Virus record (IMG/VR): IMGVR_UViG_3300031159_000005
Strand: one strand, 5' to 3'
DNA: 43,869 nt
Source of the DNA: a virus
The notes beneath the pieces were generated by a model, which saw only the letters and a list, made by a program, of their open reading frames with translations, was not told where the DNA came from and ran no database searches. Below, piece after piece: positions 8,154-15,656 of this stretch (its first letter is position 1; every line of letters starts with the position of its first letter). Both the position numbers and the translations under genes were made by a program.

Positions 8154-8941
8154 GGTCGAAGGTCCGGGCGGACATGATCAAGCGAGCGTTGAGCAAGCGG
8201 CATCGTGAAGATTTCTTTCTCACCGAGGTCAAGACCGGTCCAACCGGCTACGAGCATCATCGCATCGACGCGCTCGCCATCAAAAAATCCTGGGCGCATC
8301 CGTGCATCACGGCCTACGAGATAAAGGTCGATCGGAGTGATTTCGTGCGGGACGATAAATGGCCGGCGTACCTGCAGAATTGCCATCAATTCGCATTCGC
8401 CTGTCCGAAGGGATTGATCCAGCCCGACGAGCTGCCGGATGAAGTTGGACTGATCTATTACACTCCCGAGACGGAAGCGCTCGTGACGAAGCGAAAGCCG
8501 GCGTATCGGAATGTAAACGTCCCTTCGAATCTGCTTATGTACGTCATCATGACCAGGCTCGAGAATGACCGTCATCCGTTTTTCTCGACGCGGCGCGAGT
8601 TCATTGAGGCGTACCTGCAGGACAAGAAAGAGCGGAAAGAGCTCGGTCGGCATTTCGAAATCGAAGTGACAAAAGAAATTGGGGAATTGCGGCGTGAACT
8701 TGAGAGGATGCAGGGCAAGAAGGAGAGTCTGCAACTTCTCAACGAGGTCAGTGCAATTTTAAGAGATTACGGGATATGGCTCAGTACATGGAGTCAGGAC
8801 TGGAAAGACGAACTGCGAAAAGCGCTCGGTAATGGGCGTGATCCGCGAATTGAACGAAAGGTGAATTACCTCTTGAAACAGGCCGACGAGCTCAAAGAAA
8901 TGCTGGAAGAAAGGGATGCGGAACAATGTACGACCGCGTGA
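8150..8941 (+). CDS. MmcB-like PD-(D/E)xK nuclease-fold protein with C-terminal coiled coil
   Basis: E..(x)..IDALAI...AYEIKVDRSDFVRD...FAFACPKGL motif order. ATGA overlap with the upstream gene. Confidence 0.55.
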   Translation: MRSKVRADMIKRALSKRHREDFFLTEVKTGPTGYEHHRIDALAIKKSWAHPCITAYEIKVDRSDFVRDDKWPAYLQNCHQFAFACPKGLIQPDELPDEVGLIYYTPETEALVTKRKPAYRNVNVPSNLLMYVIMTRLENDRHPFFSTRREFIEAYLQDKKERKELGRHFEIEVTKEIGELRRELERMQGKKESLQLLNEVSAILRDYGIWLSTWSQDWKDELRKALGNGRDPRIERKVNYLLKQADELKEMLEERDAEQCTTA

Positions 8942-10593
8942 ACACAGCAGCAATTTTGTTCGGTGGTATCGGCGGTTTCTCCGCCGGACTGAAAAATTCG
9001 CTGGTCGAAGCCAACGGCAGGGTCTATCGTTGGCGCATCCTGTGCTCGATCGATTTCGATCCGGTCGCCTGCCGGAACCATGACATCATCACCGGTGAGC
9101 AGACGGCCGTGCAAATGGACCTGTTCAGCCGCGACCAGTACAGGAAATGGTTCGGCCACGAGCCGCCGGCGGAGTGGCAGGAGGTCACGCCGTGGGACGT
9201 GTGGCAGGCATTCGGCGAGCAGGTTCCTGACTACATCTTTCTTTCGCCCCCGTGCAAAGGCTTCAGCGGCCTGCTGCCGGAGCGATCGGCGCGATCGGAG
9301 AAGTACCAGGCGCTGAACCTGCTCACGATCCGTGGTCTGGAGCTATGCCTTGAAGCATGCCGGCTCTATGGTGATGGGGAGCTTCCAGCGTTCATCCAAT
9401 TCGAGAACGTGCCGCGGATCACTACCCGCGGTGCTGACATCCTCGCCCGGATCAAGCGGCTACTCGAACGGTACGGATATGCGGTAGACATGCGTTCTGA
9501 CCATAACCTCGGCGAGATCGGCGGGCTCGGGCAGAACCGGATGCGGTTTCTGCTGCTGGCCCGGAACCTGAAGCGCGTGCCGAACTGGTGCTATCTGCCG
9601 CCGAAGAAGAAACTTCGCACCATCGGTGATGTGATCGGGCCGCTACCCATGCCAGATGACCCCGCGGGCGGCCCGATGCATCGGTTGCCGCGGTTGCAAT
9701 GGAAGACATGGGTTCGTCTGGCGTTGATCCCGGCCGGTGGCGACTGGCGGGACCTCAACAATCTCGATTGGCAGAAGTACCGAATCGTGCATGAGGCGCG
9801 TGGCGGTGCATACGCGGTCAAAAAGTGGGACGAGCCGTCTCGGACCGTCACGGGAACGACGTGCCCGGGGCGGAGCAACGGCGTCGCGGTGGTATCAGAT
9901 CCGCGCGTCGGGCTCGACGGCAACGGCCACGCGGCAATCTATCGGGTGGTCTGGTACGATGAGCCAGCGCCGTGCGTGACTGGCGCGCATCGTCCGAACA
10001 ACGGGGCGATAGTGGTCGCTGACCCGCGCGTGAAGACCGATCTCATGCCGGACTGCTACGGCGTCCAACAGTGGGACGACCAGGCAAAGACGATCCGGGG
10101 AAATTCTCGTATCATGCAGTCTGCTTCCAGCATCGCCGACCCGCGCATTGGCTGCTCGCCCCGGTCTGGCACGATGGGTGTTCTGCGCTGGGACGAGCCA
10201 GCGAAGACCGTGATCGGCGCCGGGGACATCCACGCCGGCGCGGCGGCCGTCGCCGACCCGCGAATCCCGGAGGACAACGAGTCAGGAACATGGGTGATCA
10301 TTGCGGAGGACGGCACCTGGCACCGTCCGCTGACGACCTACGAGTTGGCGATGCTGCAGGGATTCCCGACACATCTTCCCGACGGCCGGCCGTTCCAGCT
10401 CGAAGGATGCAGCGATGCGAAGGCGCGGGAATACATCGGCAACGCCGTCCCGCCCGCGGCCGCCGAGGCGATGGGAAATGTCATCTTGATCGCCATTGCC
10501 CAGGCAGATGCCGGTATCACCTTCGAGATGTCGTGGAACGACGTGTGGGTGCTGCCGGAGACAGAGGAGCAGGAGCGAACGGTGGTGCATTGA
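8926..10593 (+). CDS. DNA (cytosine-5)-methyltransferase with a four-fold repeated TRD-like segment
   Basis: Motif I FGGIGGFS, IV SPPCKGFS, VI ENVP, VIII QNRMR, IX LTTYELAMLQGFP, X GNAVPP. Repeats W(D/Y)(E/D)(P/Q)..T(V/I).G...DPR(V/I) x4 between VIII and IX. Confidence 0.9.
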   Translation: MYDRVNTAAILFGGIGGFSAGLKNSLVEANGRVYRWRILCSIDFDPVACRNHDIITGEQTAVQMDLFSRDQYRKWFGHEPPAEWQEVTPWDVWQAFGEQVPDYIFLSPPCKGFSGLLPERSARSEKYQALNLLTIRGLELCLEACRLYGDGELPAFIQFENVPRITTRGADILARIKRLLERYGYAVDMRSDHNLGEIGGLGQNRMRFLLLARNLKRVPNWCYLPPKKKLRTIGDVIGPLPMPDDPAGGPMHRLPRLQWKTWVRLALIPAGGDWRDLNNLDWQKYRIVHEARGGAYAVKKWDEPSRTVTGTTCPGRSNGVAVVSDPRVGLDGNGHAAIYRVVWYDEPAPCVTGAHRPNNGAIVVADPRVKTDLMPDCYGVQQWDDQAKTIRGNSRIMQSASSIADPRIGCSPRSGTMGVLRWDEPAKTVIGAGDIHAGAAAVADPRIPEDNESGTWVIIAEDGTWHRPLTTYELAMLQGFPTHLPDGRPFQLEGCSDAKAREYIGNAVPPAAAEAMGNVILIAIAQADAGITFEMSWNDVWVLPETEEQERTVVH

Positions 10594-10594
10594 G

Positions 10595-10837
10595 ATGACG
10601 GCAAAACAACAACTCTACCAAATCGCCGTAGATGACAGCCAGCCGCTTGAAGAACGATACGCAGCCGCCCGGGAGCTGCAGCGCCGCACGCTCAACTCGC
10701 GCAAGATATACGATCTGATCCGTCTGTGGCCGTATCACACGCCGTCAGAGATTGCAGACATGCTGGACGTGACCGTGCCGACGGTGGTCGGAGTGGCGAG
10801 TCATTACGGACTTTGGCAGAGGAGGCTGTCGGGATGA
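10595..10837 (+). CDS. 80-aa hypothetical protein, possible HTH (SEIADMLDVTVPTVVGVASHYG)
   Basis: ATG 10595 directly follows the MTase stop. ATGA overlap with the next gene. The track ORF from 10496 is an extension. Confidence 0.55.
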   Translation: MTAKQQLYQIAVDDSQPLEERYAAARELQRRTLNSRKIYDLIRLWPYHTPSEIADMLDVTVPTVVGVASHYGLWQRRLSG

Positions 10838-13365
10838 GCGAAAGATACATCGAGTTTCTGAAGTCGAAAATCGTCGTCGCAAAAGAATCCGGATTTGAAG
10901 TCTATCCGGACATGATCAATCCGCGCCTGAAACCGCACCAGCGAGACGCGGTAATGTGGGCAGTCCGCGGCGGGCGCCGGGCGTTGTTCGAAGCGTTTGG
11001 GCTCGGAAAAACGGTCCAGCAGCTCGAATGGTGCCGCATCGTTTCGGAGCATATTGGCGGAAAGGCGCTAATCGTCCTGCCGCTGGGCGTCATGCAAGAG
11101 TTCAAACGGGACGCCGTTGAATTGCTCGGCATGGACGAGCCTGAATACGTTCGGACGATGGCTGAGGTACAGAATGCTAACGGTCAGATCCTGCTCACGA
11201 ACTATGAACGGGTGCGTGACGGGGACATCGACCCGACATACTTCACGGCCACGTCGCTCGACGAGGCGTCCGTGCTGCGGAGTTTCGGCAGTAAGACGTA
11301 CCAGACGTTCCTGGATAAGTTCCGCGGGGTGCCGTACAAGCTTGTCTGCACGGCGACGCCAAGTCCGAACCGGTACAAGGAACTGATCCATTACGCCGGA
11401 TACCTCGAGATCATGGACACCGGGCAGGCCCTCACTCGGTTCTTCCAGCGGGATAGTACGAAGGCGAATAACTTGACCATCTACCCGCACAAGGAAGACG
11501 AGTTCTGGCTATGGGTGTCGACCTGGGCGCTGTTCATTACGAAACCGAGCGATCTCGGATATTCCGATGAGGGCTATGATCTTCCACCGCTCGAAGTTCG
11601 GTATCACAAGCTTCCGGTCAATCACGAGGAGGCTGGAGCAGAGCGCGATGGCCAACTGCTCATCATCCGGGACGCCGCTGTCGGCCTGACGGAAGCAGCG
11701 CGTGAGAAGCGCGAATCGATCGCCGCGCGCGTCGCAAAGGCGGCTGAGATCGTCGCGGAGAGCCCGGACGACCATTTCATCATCTGGCATGACCTCGAGG
11801 CGGAGCGCCACGCGATCAAGGAGGAAATTCCGGATGTGGTGGACATTTACGGCAGCCTCGATCTGGAGATACGGGAGCAGCGCGTCTCGGACTTTTCGAA
11901 TGGCCTGATCAAGTATTTCGCGACGAAGAAGGAACTGTCGGGCAGCGGTTGCAACTTCCAGCGGCATTGCCACCGGGCTATCTTCGTCGGGATCGACTAC
12001 GAGTTCAACGATTTCATCCAGGCCATCCACCGGATATACCGTTTTTTGCAGACGAAGAAGGTCATCATCGACATCATCTATACGGAGAGTGAGGAGCAAA
12101 TCCTGCAAACGCTCCTCAAGAAGTGGGAGCAACATAATCACATGGTCCAGAAGATGACGGAGATCATCCGGAAATACGGCTTGTCCGGAGGAACTTCGGT
12201 CATCAACAAACTGGCCAGAACGATTGGGGTGGAACGTGTGAAGATCGAGACGGAGTGGTATACGGCCGTAAATAACGACTGCGTTCTGGAAACGGAGCAA
12301 ATGCCGGACAACAGCATCGACCTGATTCATACGTCGATTCCGTTCAGCAATCACTACGAATACACGCCGTCATACAACGACTTCGGCCACAACGAAGACA
12401 CGGCGCGATTTTTCGAGCAAATGGACTTTCTGACGCCGCAGCTCCTCCGGATCCTGAAGCCCGGCCGGATCGCAGCGATCCACGTCAAGGACCGTGTCCT
12501 CTATGGAAATGCGACCGGGACCGGAATGCCGACGATCGAGCCATTCCACGCGCTGTGCATCGATCATTACATGCGGCACGGGTTCCAGTATTGCGGCATG
12601 ATCACGGTCGTGACGGACGTCGTCCGCGAGAACAACCAGACATATCGGCTTGGCTGGACGGAACAGTGCAAGGACGGTACGAAGATGGGCGTCGGGTGTC
12701 CGGAGTACATCCTAATTTTCCGGAAGCTTCCGACAGACACGAGCCGCGCATACGCGGATGTTCCGGTGGTCAAGACGAAGGAGCAATACACGCGGGCGCA
12801 ATGGCAAATCGACGCGCATGCGTTCTGGCGGTCTAGCGGCGACCGGCTGCTGACGAAGGATGAGCTTGCGAGCTACCCGATCGACCAGCTGCAGGCGGTG
12901 TATCGCAAGTTTTCGCGCGGTACGGTCTACGACTACCGCGAGCATGTGGAGTTGGCGAAGAAGCTCGACCGCGACGGCCGTCTGCCGGCGACGTTCATGG
13001 TCGTGGCGCCGGGCAGCTGGGATGACAGCGTATGGGATGACATCGTGCGGATGCGGACGCTGAATACGTCGCAGAGCCAAAAGCGCCTGCAAATGCACGT
13101 CTGCCCGCTTCAGCTCGACATCGTCGAGCGGATCATCAATCGGTATTCCAATCCCGGTGAAGTCGTTCTGGATCCTTTCGGCGGGCTCATGACGGTTCCT
13201 TACGTCGCCGTGAAGATGGGGCGGAAGGGGTACGGGATCGAGCTCAATACGGACTACTTCCGGGACGGACTCGGATATCTAAAAGCCGCGGCGGAAGAAA
13301 TCACGATGCCGACGCTGTTTGATCTCGAGGATTTGCGGGTCCAGGAATCGGCCGCTGGAGCATAA
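10834..13365 (+). CDS. SNF2/DEAD-like helicase fused to a beta-class N6-adenine/N4-cytosine DNA methyltransferase (843 aa)
   Basis: N-terminal LKPHQRDAV..FGLGKTVQ (motif I), SLDEASVL (DEAx), TATPSPN. C-terminal IDLIHTSIPF (motif IV variant) followed by DPFGGLMTVP (motif I), i.e. PF01555-type order. Confidence 0.8.
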   Translation: MSERYIEFLKSKIVVAKESGFEVYPDMINPRLKPHQRDAVMWAVRGGRRALFEAFGLGKTVQQLEWCRIVSEHIGGKALIVLPLGVMQEFKRDAVELLGMDEPEYVRTMAEVQNANGQILLTNYERVRDGDIDPTYFTATSLDEASVLRSFGSKTYQTFLDKFRGVPYKLVCTATPSPNRYKELIHYAGYLEIMDTGQALTRFFQRDSTKANNLTIYPHKEDEFWLWVSTWALFITKPSDLGYSDEGYDLPPLEVRYHKLPVNHEEAGAERDGQLLIIRDAAVGLTEAAREKRESIAARVAKAAEIVAESPDDHFIIWHDLEAERHAIKEEIPDVVDIYGSLDLEIREQRVSDFSNGLIKYFATKKELSGSGCNFQRHCHRAIFVGIDYEFNDFIQAIHRIYRFLQTKKVIIDIIYTESEEQILQTLLKKWEQHNHMVQKMTEIIRKYGLSGGTSVINKLARTIGVERVKIETEWYTAVNNDCVLETEQMPDNSIDLIHTSIPFSNHYEYTPSYNDFGHNEDTARFFEQMDFLTPQLLRILKPGRIAAIHVKDRVLYGNATGTGMPTIEPFHALCIDHYMRHGFQYCGMITVVTDVVRENNQTYRLGWTEQCKDGTKMGVGCPEYILIFRKLPTDTSRAYADVPVVKTKEQYTRAQWQIDAHAFWRSSGDRLLTKDELASYPIDQLQAVYRKFSRGTVYDYREHVELAKKLDRDGRLPATFMVVAPGSWDDSVWDDIVRMRTLNTSQSQKRLQMHVCPLQLDIVERIINRYSNPGEVVLDPFGGLMTVPYVAVKMGRKGYGIELNTDYFRDGLGYLKAAAEEITMPTLFDLEDLRVQESAAGA

Positions 13366-13416
13366 ATGTGAAGCCTCACCGAATGATCCGCCACAGTGCC
13401 CGCGTGAGCAGTGAAA

Positions 13417-13440
13417 CCGGGGTCGCTATATCGACCCCGG
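13417..13440 (+). other. Perfect 9-bp stem-loop CCGGGGTCG-ctatat-CGACCCCGG after the helicase-MTase gene (no U-run)
   Basis: Read directly. Confidence 0.4.
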
Positions 13441-13465
13441 ATTACCTAAAGAAAGGAGCGTCCCA

Positions 13466-13663
13466 ATGAGTGAGCTTTTGCACACCATCATCAACGTCGA
13501 CGGCGAGCAGGTACTGATGATTCGCGGTCTGCATATCGATATGAGCCGCGTCACCGGATTCGAGTATCGAAGCCAGCCCTGCCGGGTAGTCAGCACAAGT
13601 TGGTGTGGTGGCAAGTGGGAGATCAATTTGACGACGGAGGAGAAAAAATACGCCAATGACTGA
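13466..13663 (+). CDS. Hypothetical protein (65 aa)
   Basis: ORF track; RBS AAAGGAG 7 nt upstream. Confidence 0.6.
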   Translation: MSELLHTIINVDGEQVLMIRGLHIDMSRVTGFEYRSQPCRVVSTSWCGGKWEINLTTEEKKYAND

Positions 13664-14135
13664 ATACCTGAACAAGCAAGCGTTGCTGGAGTGGTTGGAC
13701 GAACAGATCGTTGCCCTTCGCGGTTTGGCAATCGGTTTCCGAAATCAAGGGGACGCATTGGGTGAGCGCAATTGCCGTCATGACGCAGACGGATTGGCTG
13801 TGATTAAGTCAAAAATCCAATCCGGCGCATTTGATGTCGAAAACAGCGAACTCCAGCGTCTGAAAAAAGAGCGAGACGAAGCCCGACAGAAAGCAGAAGA
13901 CGCATGGAAAGAGATCGAAGAGCTGGAAGATCGACTGCTGCGAGTATCCGATCGCTGGATCAGCGTCAAAGAACCGCCGAAAAACGGACAACGTGTATTG
14001 ATATGGTATCGAAAAGGCAAAGCACAAGACGTAGCAGAATCGAGGTTCGCAAACGGAGGATACATTGGGTTTTGGGATAGCGAAGTCACCCACTGGATGC
14101 CGATGCCGGAGCCGCCGAGGGGGGGTGACTCATGA
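13656..14135 (+). CDS. Coiled-coil protein with DUF551-like C-terminus
   Basis: C-terminal RWISVKEPPKNGQRVLIWY....VTHWMPMPEPP resembles the DUF551 signature. Confidence 0.6.
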   Translation: MTEYLNKQALLEWLDEQIVALRGLAIGFRNQGDALGERNCRHDADGLAVIKSKIQSGAFDVENSELQRLKKERDEARQKAEDAWKEIEELEDRLLRVSDRWISVKEPPKNGQRVLIWYRKGKAQDVAESRFANGGYIGFWDSEVTHWMPMPEPPRGGDS

Positions 14136-14293
14136 TCCTCAAACAGCTGAAAGCAGGTGACAAATACCGTCCGGTCGTGACCGTTCTCAAACTCAAACGA
14201 GGCATCCCGACCGTGATCCGGGTCAGCGGACGCGAATACATTTTGCGGTCGCCAGACCAATTCAACATGCAGCCGAAGCCGCAAAAGAAATAA
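14132..14293 (+). CDS. 53-aa hypothetical protein (below the track cut-off)
   Basis: Own translation: MILKQLKAGDKYRPVVTVLKLKRGIPTVIRVSGREYILRSPDQFNMQPKPQKK. ATGA overlap with the upstream gene. Confidence 0.5.
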   Translation: MILKQLKAGDKYRPVVTVLKLKRGIPTVIRVSGREYILRSPDQFNMQPKPQKK

Positions 14294-14300
14294 AAAAATT

Positions 14301-14325
14301 CCCCTGCATATGGGCCATGCAGGGG
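14301..14325 (-). terminator. Perfect 9-bp hairpin CCCCTGCAT/ATGCAGGGG; the T-run is only on the minus-strand side (A7 upstream on +), so orientation and role are ambiguous
   Basis: Read directly. No minus-strand gene lies nearby. Confidence 0.35.
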
Positions 14326-14379
14326 AAAACCGAAAACACGTTCTCATACCCAATATATCACAATGTGAGGTGTAGGGGT

Positions 14380-14826
14380 ATGGGGGCAAAACAGATCAGT
14401 TTTGGCATATACGAGATTGATGAGGAAGCGACGAAGGAGGCGGTCGAAAAGTACCTGCTGCAAGCGCGGGAGTACATGGTGACCGAATACATCCCATTGG
14501 AGCCGAAAGTCACGCCGCTGTACGAGCCGCGCTATCATGGACAGACGAATGCGGTCGGCTCGCAGACGGAGATCATCGCTGTCGCAATTGTGGACGAGAT
14601 CGAGCGCCGCCGCCGGCACGTCGAACGCGTCGAGAAGGCTGTCAGCCGGCTGGGGGCGCGGCAACAGAAACTGATCCGCATGCGATACCTGGACGACGAC
14701 AATGTAATGGATTCAGACGTTGCCGAAGCGCTCGGGTACAGCACCCGGCATTACCGGCGGCTCAAGTCGATCGCCATCTACAGGTTGGCGGCAGCCCTGG
14801 GACTGGTGGTGCTGAAAGAAGACTGA
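14380..14826 (+). CDS. ArpU-family late transcriptional regulator (sigma region-4-like)
   Basis: ..LEPKVTPLYEPRYHGQTN...RRRRHVERVEKAVSRLGARQQKLIRMRYL..D..VAEALGYSTRHYRRLKSIAIYRLA pattern, positioned before the packaging genes. ATG 14380 follows GAGGTGTAGGGG. Confidence 0.7.
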   Translation: MGAKQISFGIYEIDEEATKEAVEKYLLQAREYMVTEYIPLEPKVTPLYEPRYHGQTNAVGSQTEIIAVAIVDEIERRRRHVERVEKAVSRLGARQQKLIRMRYLDDDNVMDSDVAEALGYSTRHYRRLKSIAIYRLAAALGLVVLKED

Positions 14827-14832
14827 AAATCA

Positions 14833-14871
14833 TGTCCGCTCTATGTCCGCATTTTGTCCGCATTTTGTCCG
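14833..14871 (+). repeat. Four direct TGTCCG(C/A) repeats with exact 11-bp phasing (14833, 14844, 14855, 14866)
   Basis: Counted directly. They start 7 nt after the ArpU-like stop and end 21 nt before a -10 element. Confidence 0.85.
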
Positions 14872-14889
14872 ACTTTTTCGGAAATTCCG

Positions 14890-14898
14890 TGCTACTAT
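14890..14898 (+). promoter_or_regulatory. Extended -10 promoter TGcTACTAT without a recognisable -35 (activator-dependent late promoter candidate)
   Basis: Read directly. The -35 position reads CGACTT. Confidence 0.5.
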
Positions 14899-15180
14899 GA
14901 TATCAGCGAAGCATTTGCCCGCCGCGCCGCTGAACTGTCTGTCCTAGGCGGCCGGTGACGCGGCATCCCGGGACGGCGGGCGAATCCCGCCTGTCGCTCC
15001 GAAATCAATCAGCCGTTGCGGCATCGGTTGTAGAGTCCATGGGGCTGCGGGCGAGATGGGCTTCCAGGGCCAATTGATCGGGACTGAACCCGTGCAAGAC
15101 GCGGCAGTAGGTCCCCACCGGCCCGATACGAGGGATCGGGGTTAGCCCGGTCGCCGTCCAGATGGACGGTAAACTGAATA

Positions 15181-15312
15181 GGGATGCGGTGGTGGAATAG
15201 GTAGACACTTGCGGGTGGCGCTCCTACTGCCAAGATCGCAACTGAGCGGTATGATCACCCGAACTGGTAGAGCGCATGCAGGGTGCAAATCCCTGCCCGC
15301 ATCCCAACACCA
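15181..15312 (+). ncRNA. tRNA-like module, non-canonical and too long for a tRNA
   Basis: 9-bp acceptor-like helix GGGAUGCGG/CCGCAUCCC. Class-II-like D arm UGGUGGAAUAGGUAGACAC. T-arm-like GCAGGG-UGCAAAU-CCCUGC. A roughly 57-nt GCGCUC...GAGCGC insert sits where the anticodon arm should be. The 3' tail is AACACCA. Confidence 0.4.
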
Positions 15313-15325
15313 AAATTGCATTCAT

Positions 15326-15356
15326 GGTCGTCGATCATCGGCGACCTTTTCTTTTT
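15326..15356 (+). terminator. Intrinsic terminator GGTCGTCGAT-c-ATCGGCGACC + TTTTCTTTTT
   Basis: Read directly. Confidence 0.8.
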
Positions 15357-15533
15357 GCCTGCTCATCCCCAAATTGCCGCAGGACCGAAGCCTGCTCGCG
15401 GGGCAAAGCGAGACAGGTGCGGCGCCCTCCTTTCGACCGCGACCGGAGCGGTGAATGGGCAGGACCCGGGCGCCGGCCGGCCGCGCAAACCATTCGGAAG
15501 TGCCGGCCTCAAATATTCAGGGGAGGGGTCACA

Positions 15534-15656
15534 GTGAAAGACAAGTCGTTGAAATTGCCGAAGAACTTTGCCGGATGGATTAGCGTGAAACATCGTATCA
15601 TCTGGAGCGTGCATCCGCATCGGCGGGACAAGCGGGCAGGGGTAATCAGGAAATGA
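15534..15656 (+). CDS. Possible 40-aa basic micro-ORF (GTG start after GGGGAGGGG)
   Basis: Own translation: VKDKSLKLPKNFAGWISVKHRIIWSVHPHRRDKRAGVIRK. ATGA coupling to the next micro-ORF. Confidence 0.35.
   Translation: MKDKSLKLPKNFAGWISVKHRIIWSVHPHRRDKRAGVIRK

Larger units (their letters stand above)
14905..15356 (+). ncRNA. Candidate ~450-nt highly structured non-coding RNA / late leader ending at an intrinsic terminator
   Basis: No RBS-preceded ORF. Multiple GC-rich helices seen by eye (14921-14964, 14972-14995, 15117-15151, 15154-15169), with a promoter upstream and a terminator downstream. Confidence 0.5.

Noticed and set aside
13404-13418. 15-nt identity (cccgcgtgagcagtg) between 13404-13418 and 16571-16585
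   Set aside because: A single short match of this length is expected by chance in a ~44-kb sequence. There is no flanking similarity.
15181-15312. Calling this a bona fide tRNA gene
   Set aside because: It is ~126-132 nt long, has no identifiable 5-bp/7-nt anticodon arm, has a 9-bp acceptor plus 6-bp T stem, and has a UGC instead of UUC T loop with four extra nt before the CCA. It is kept only as a tRNA-like module.
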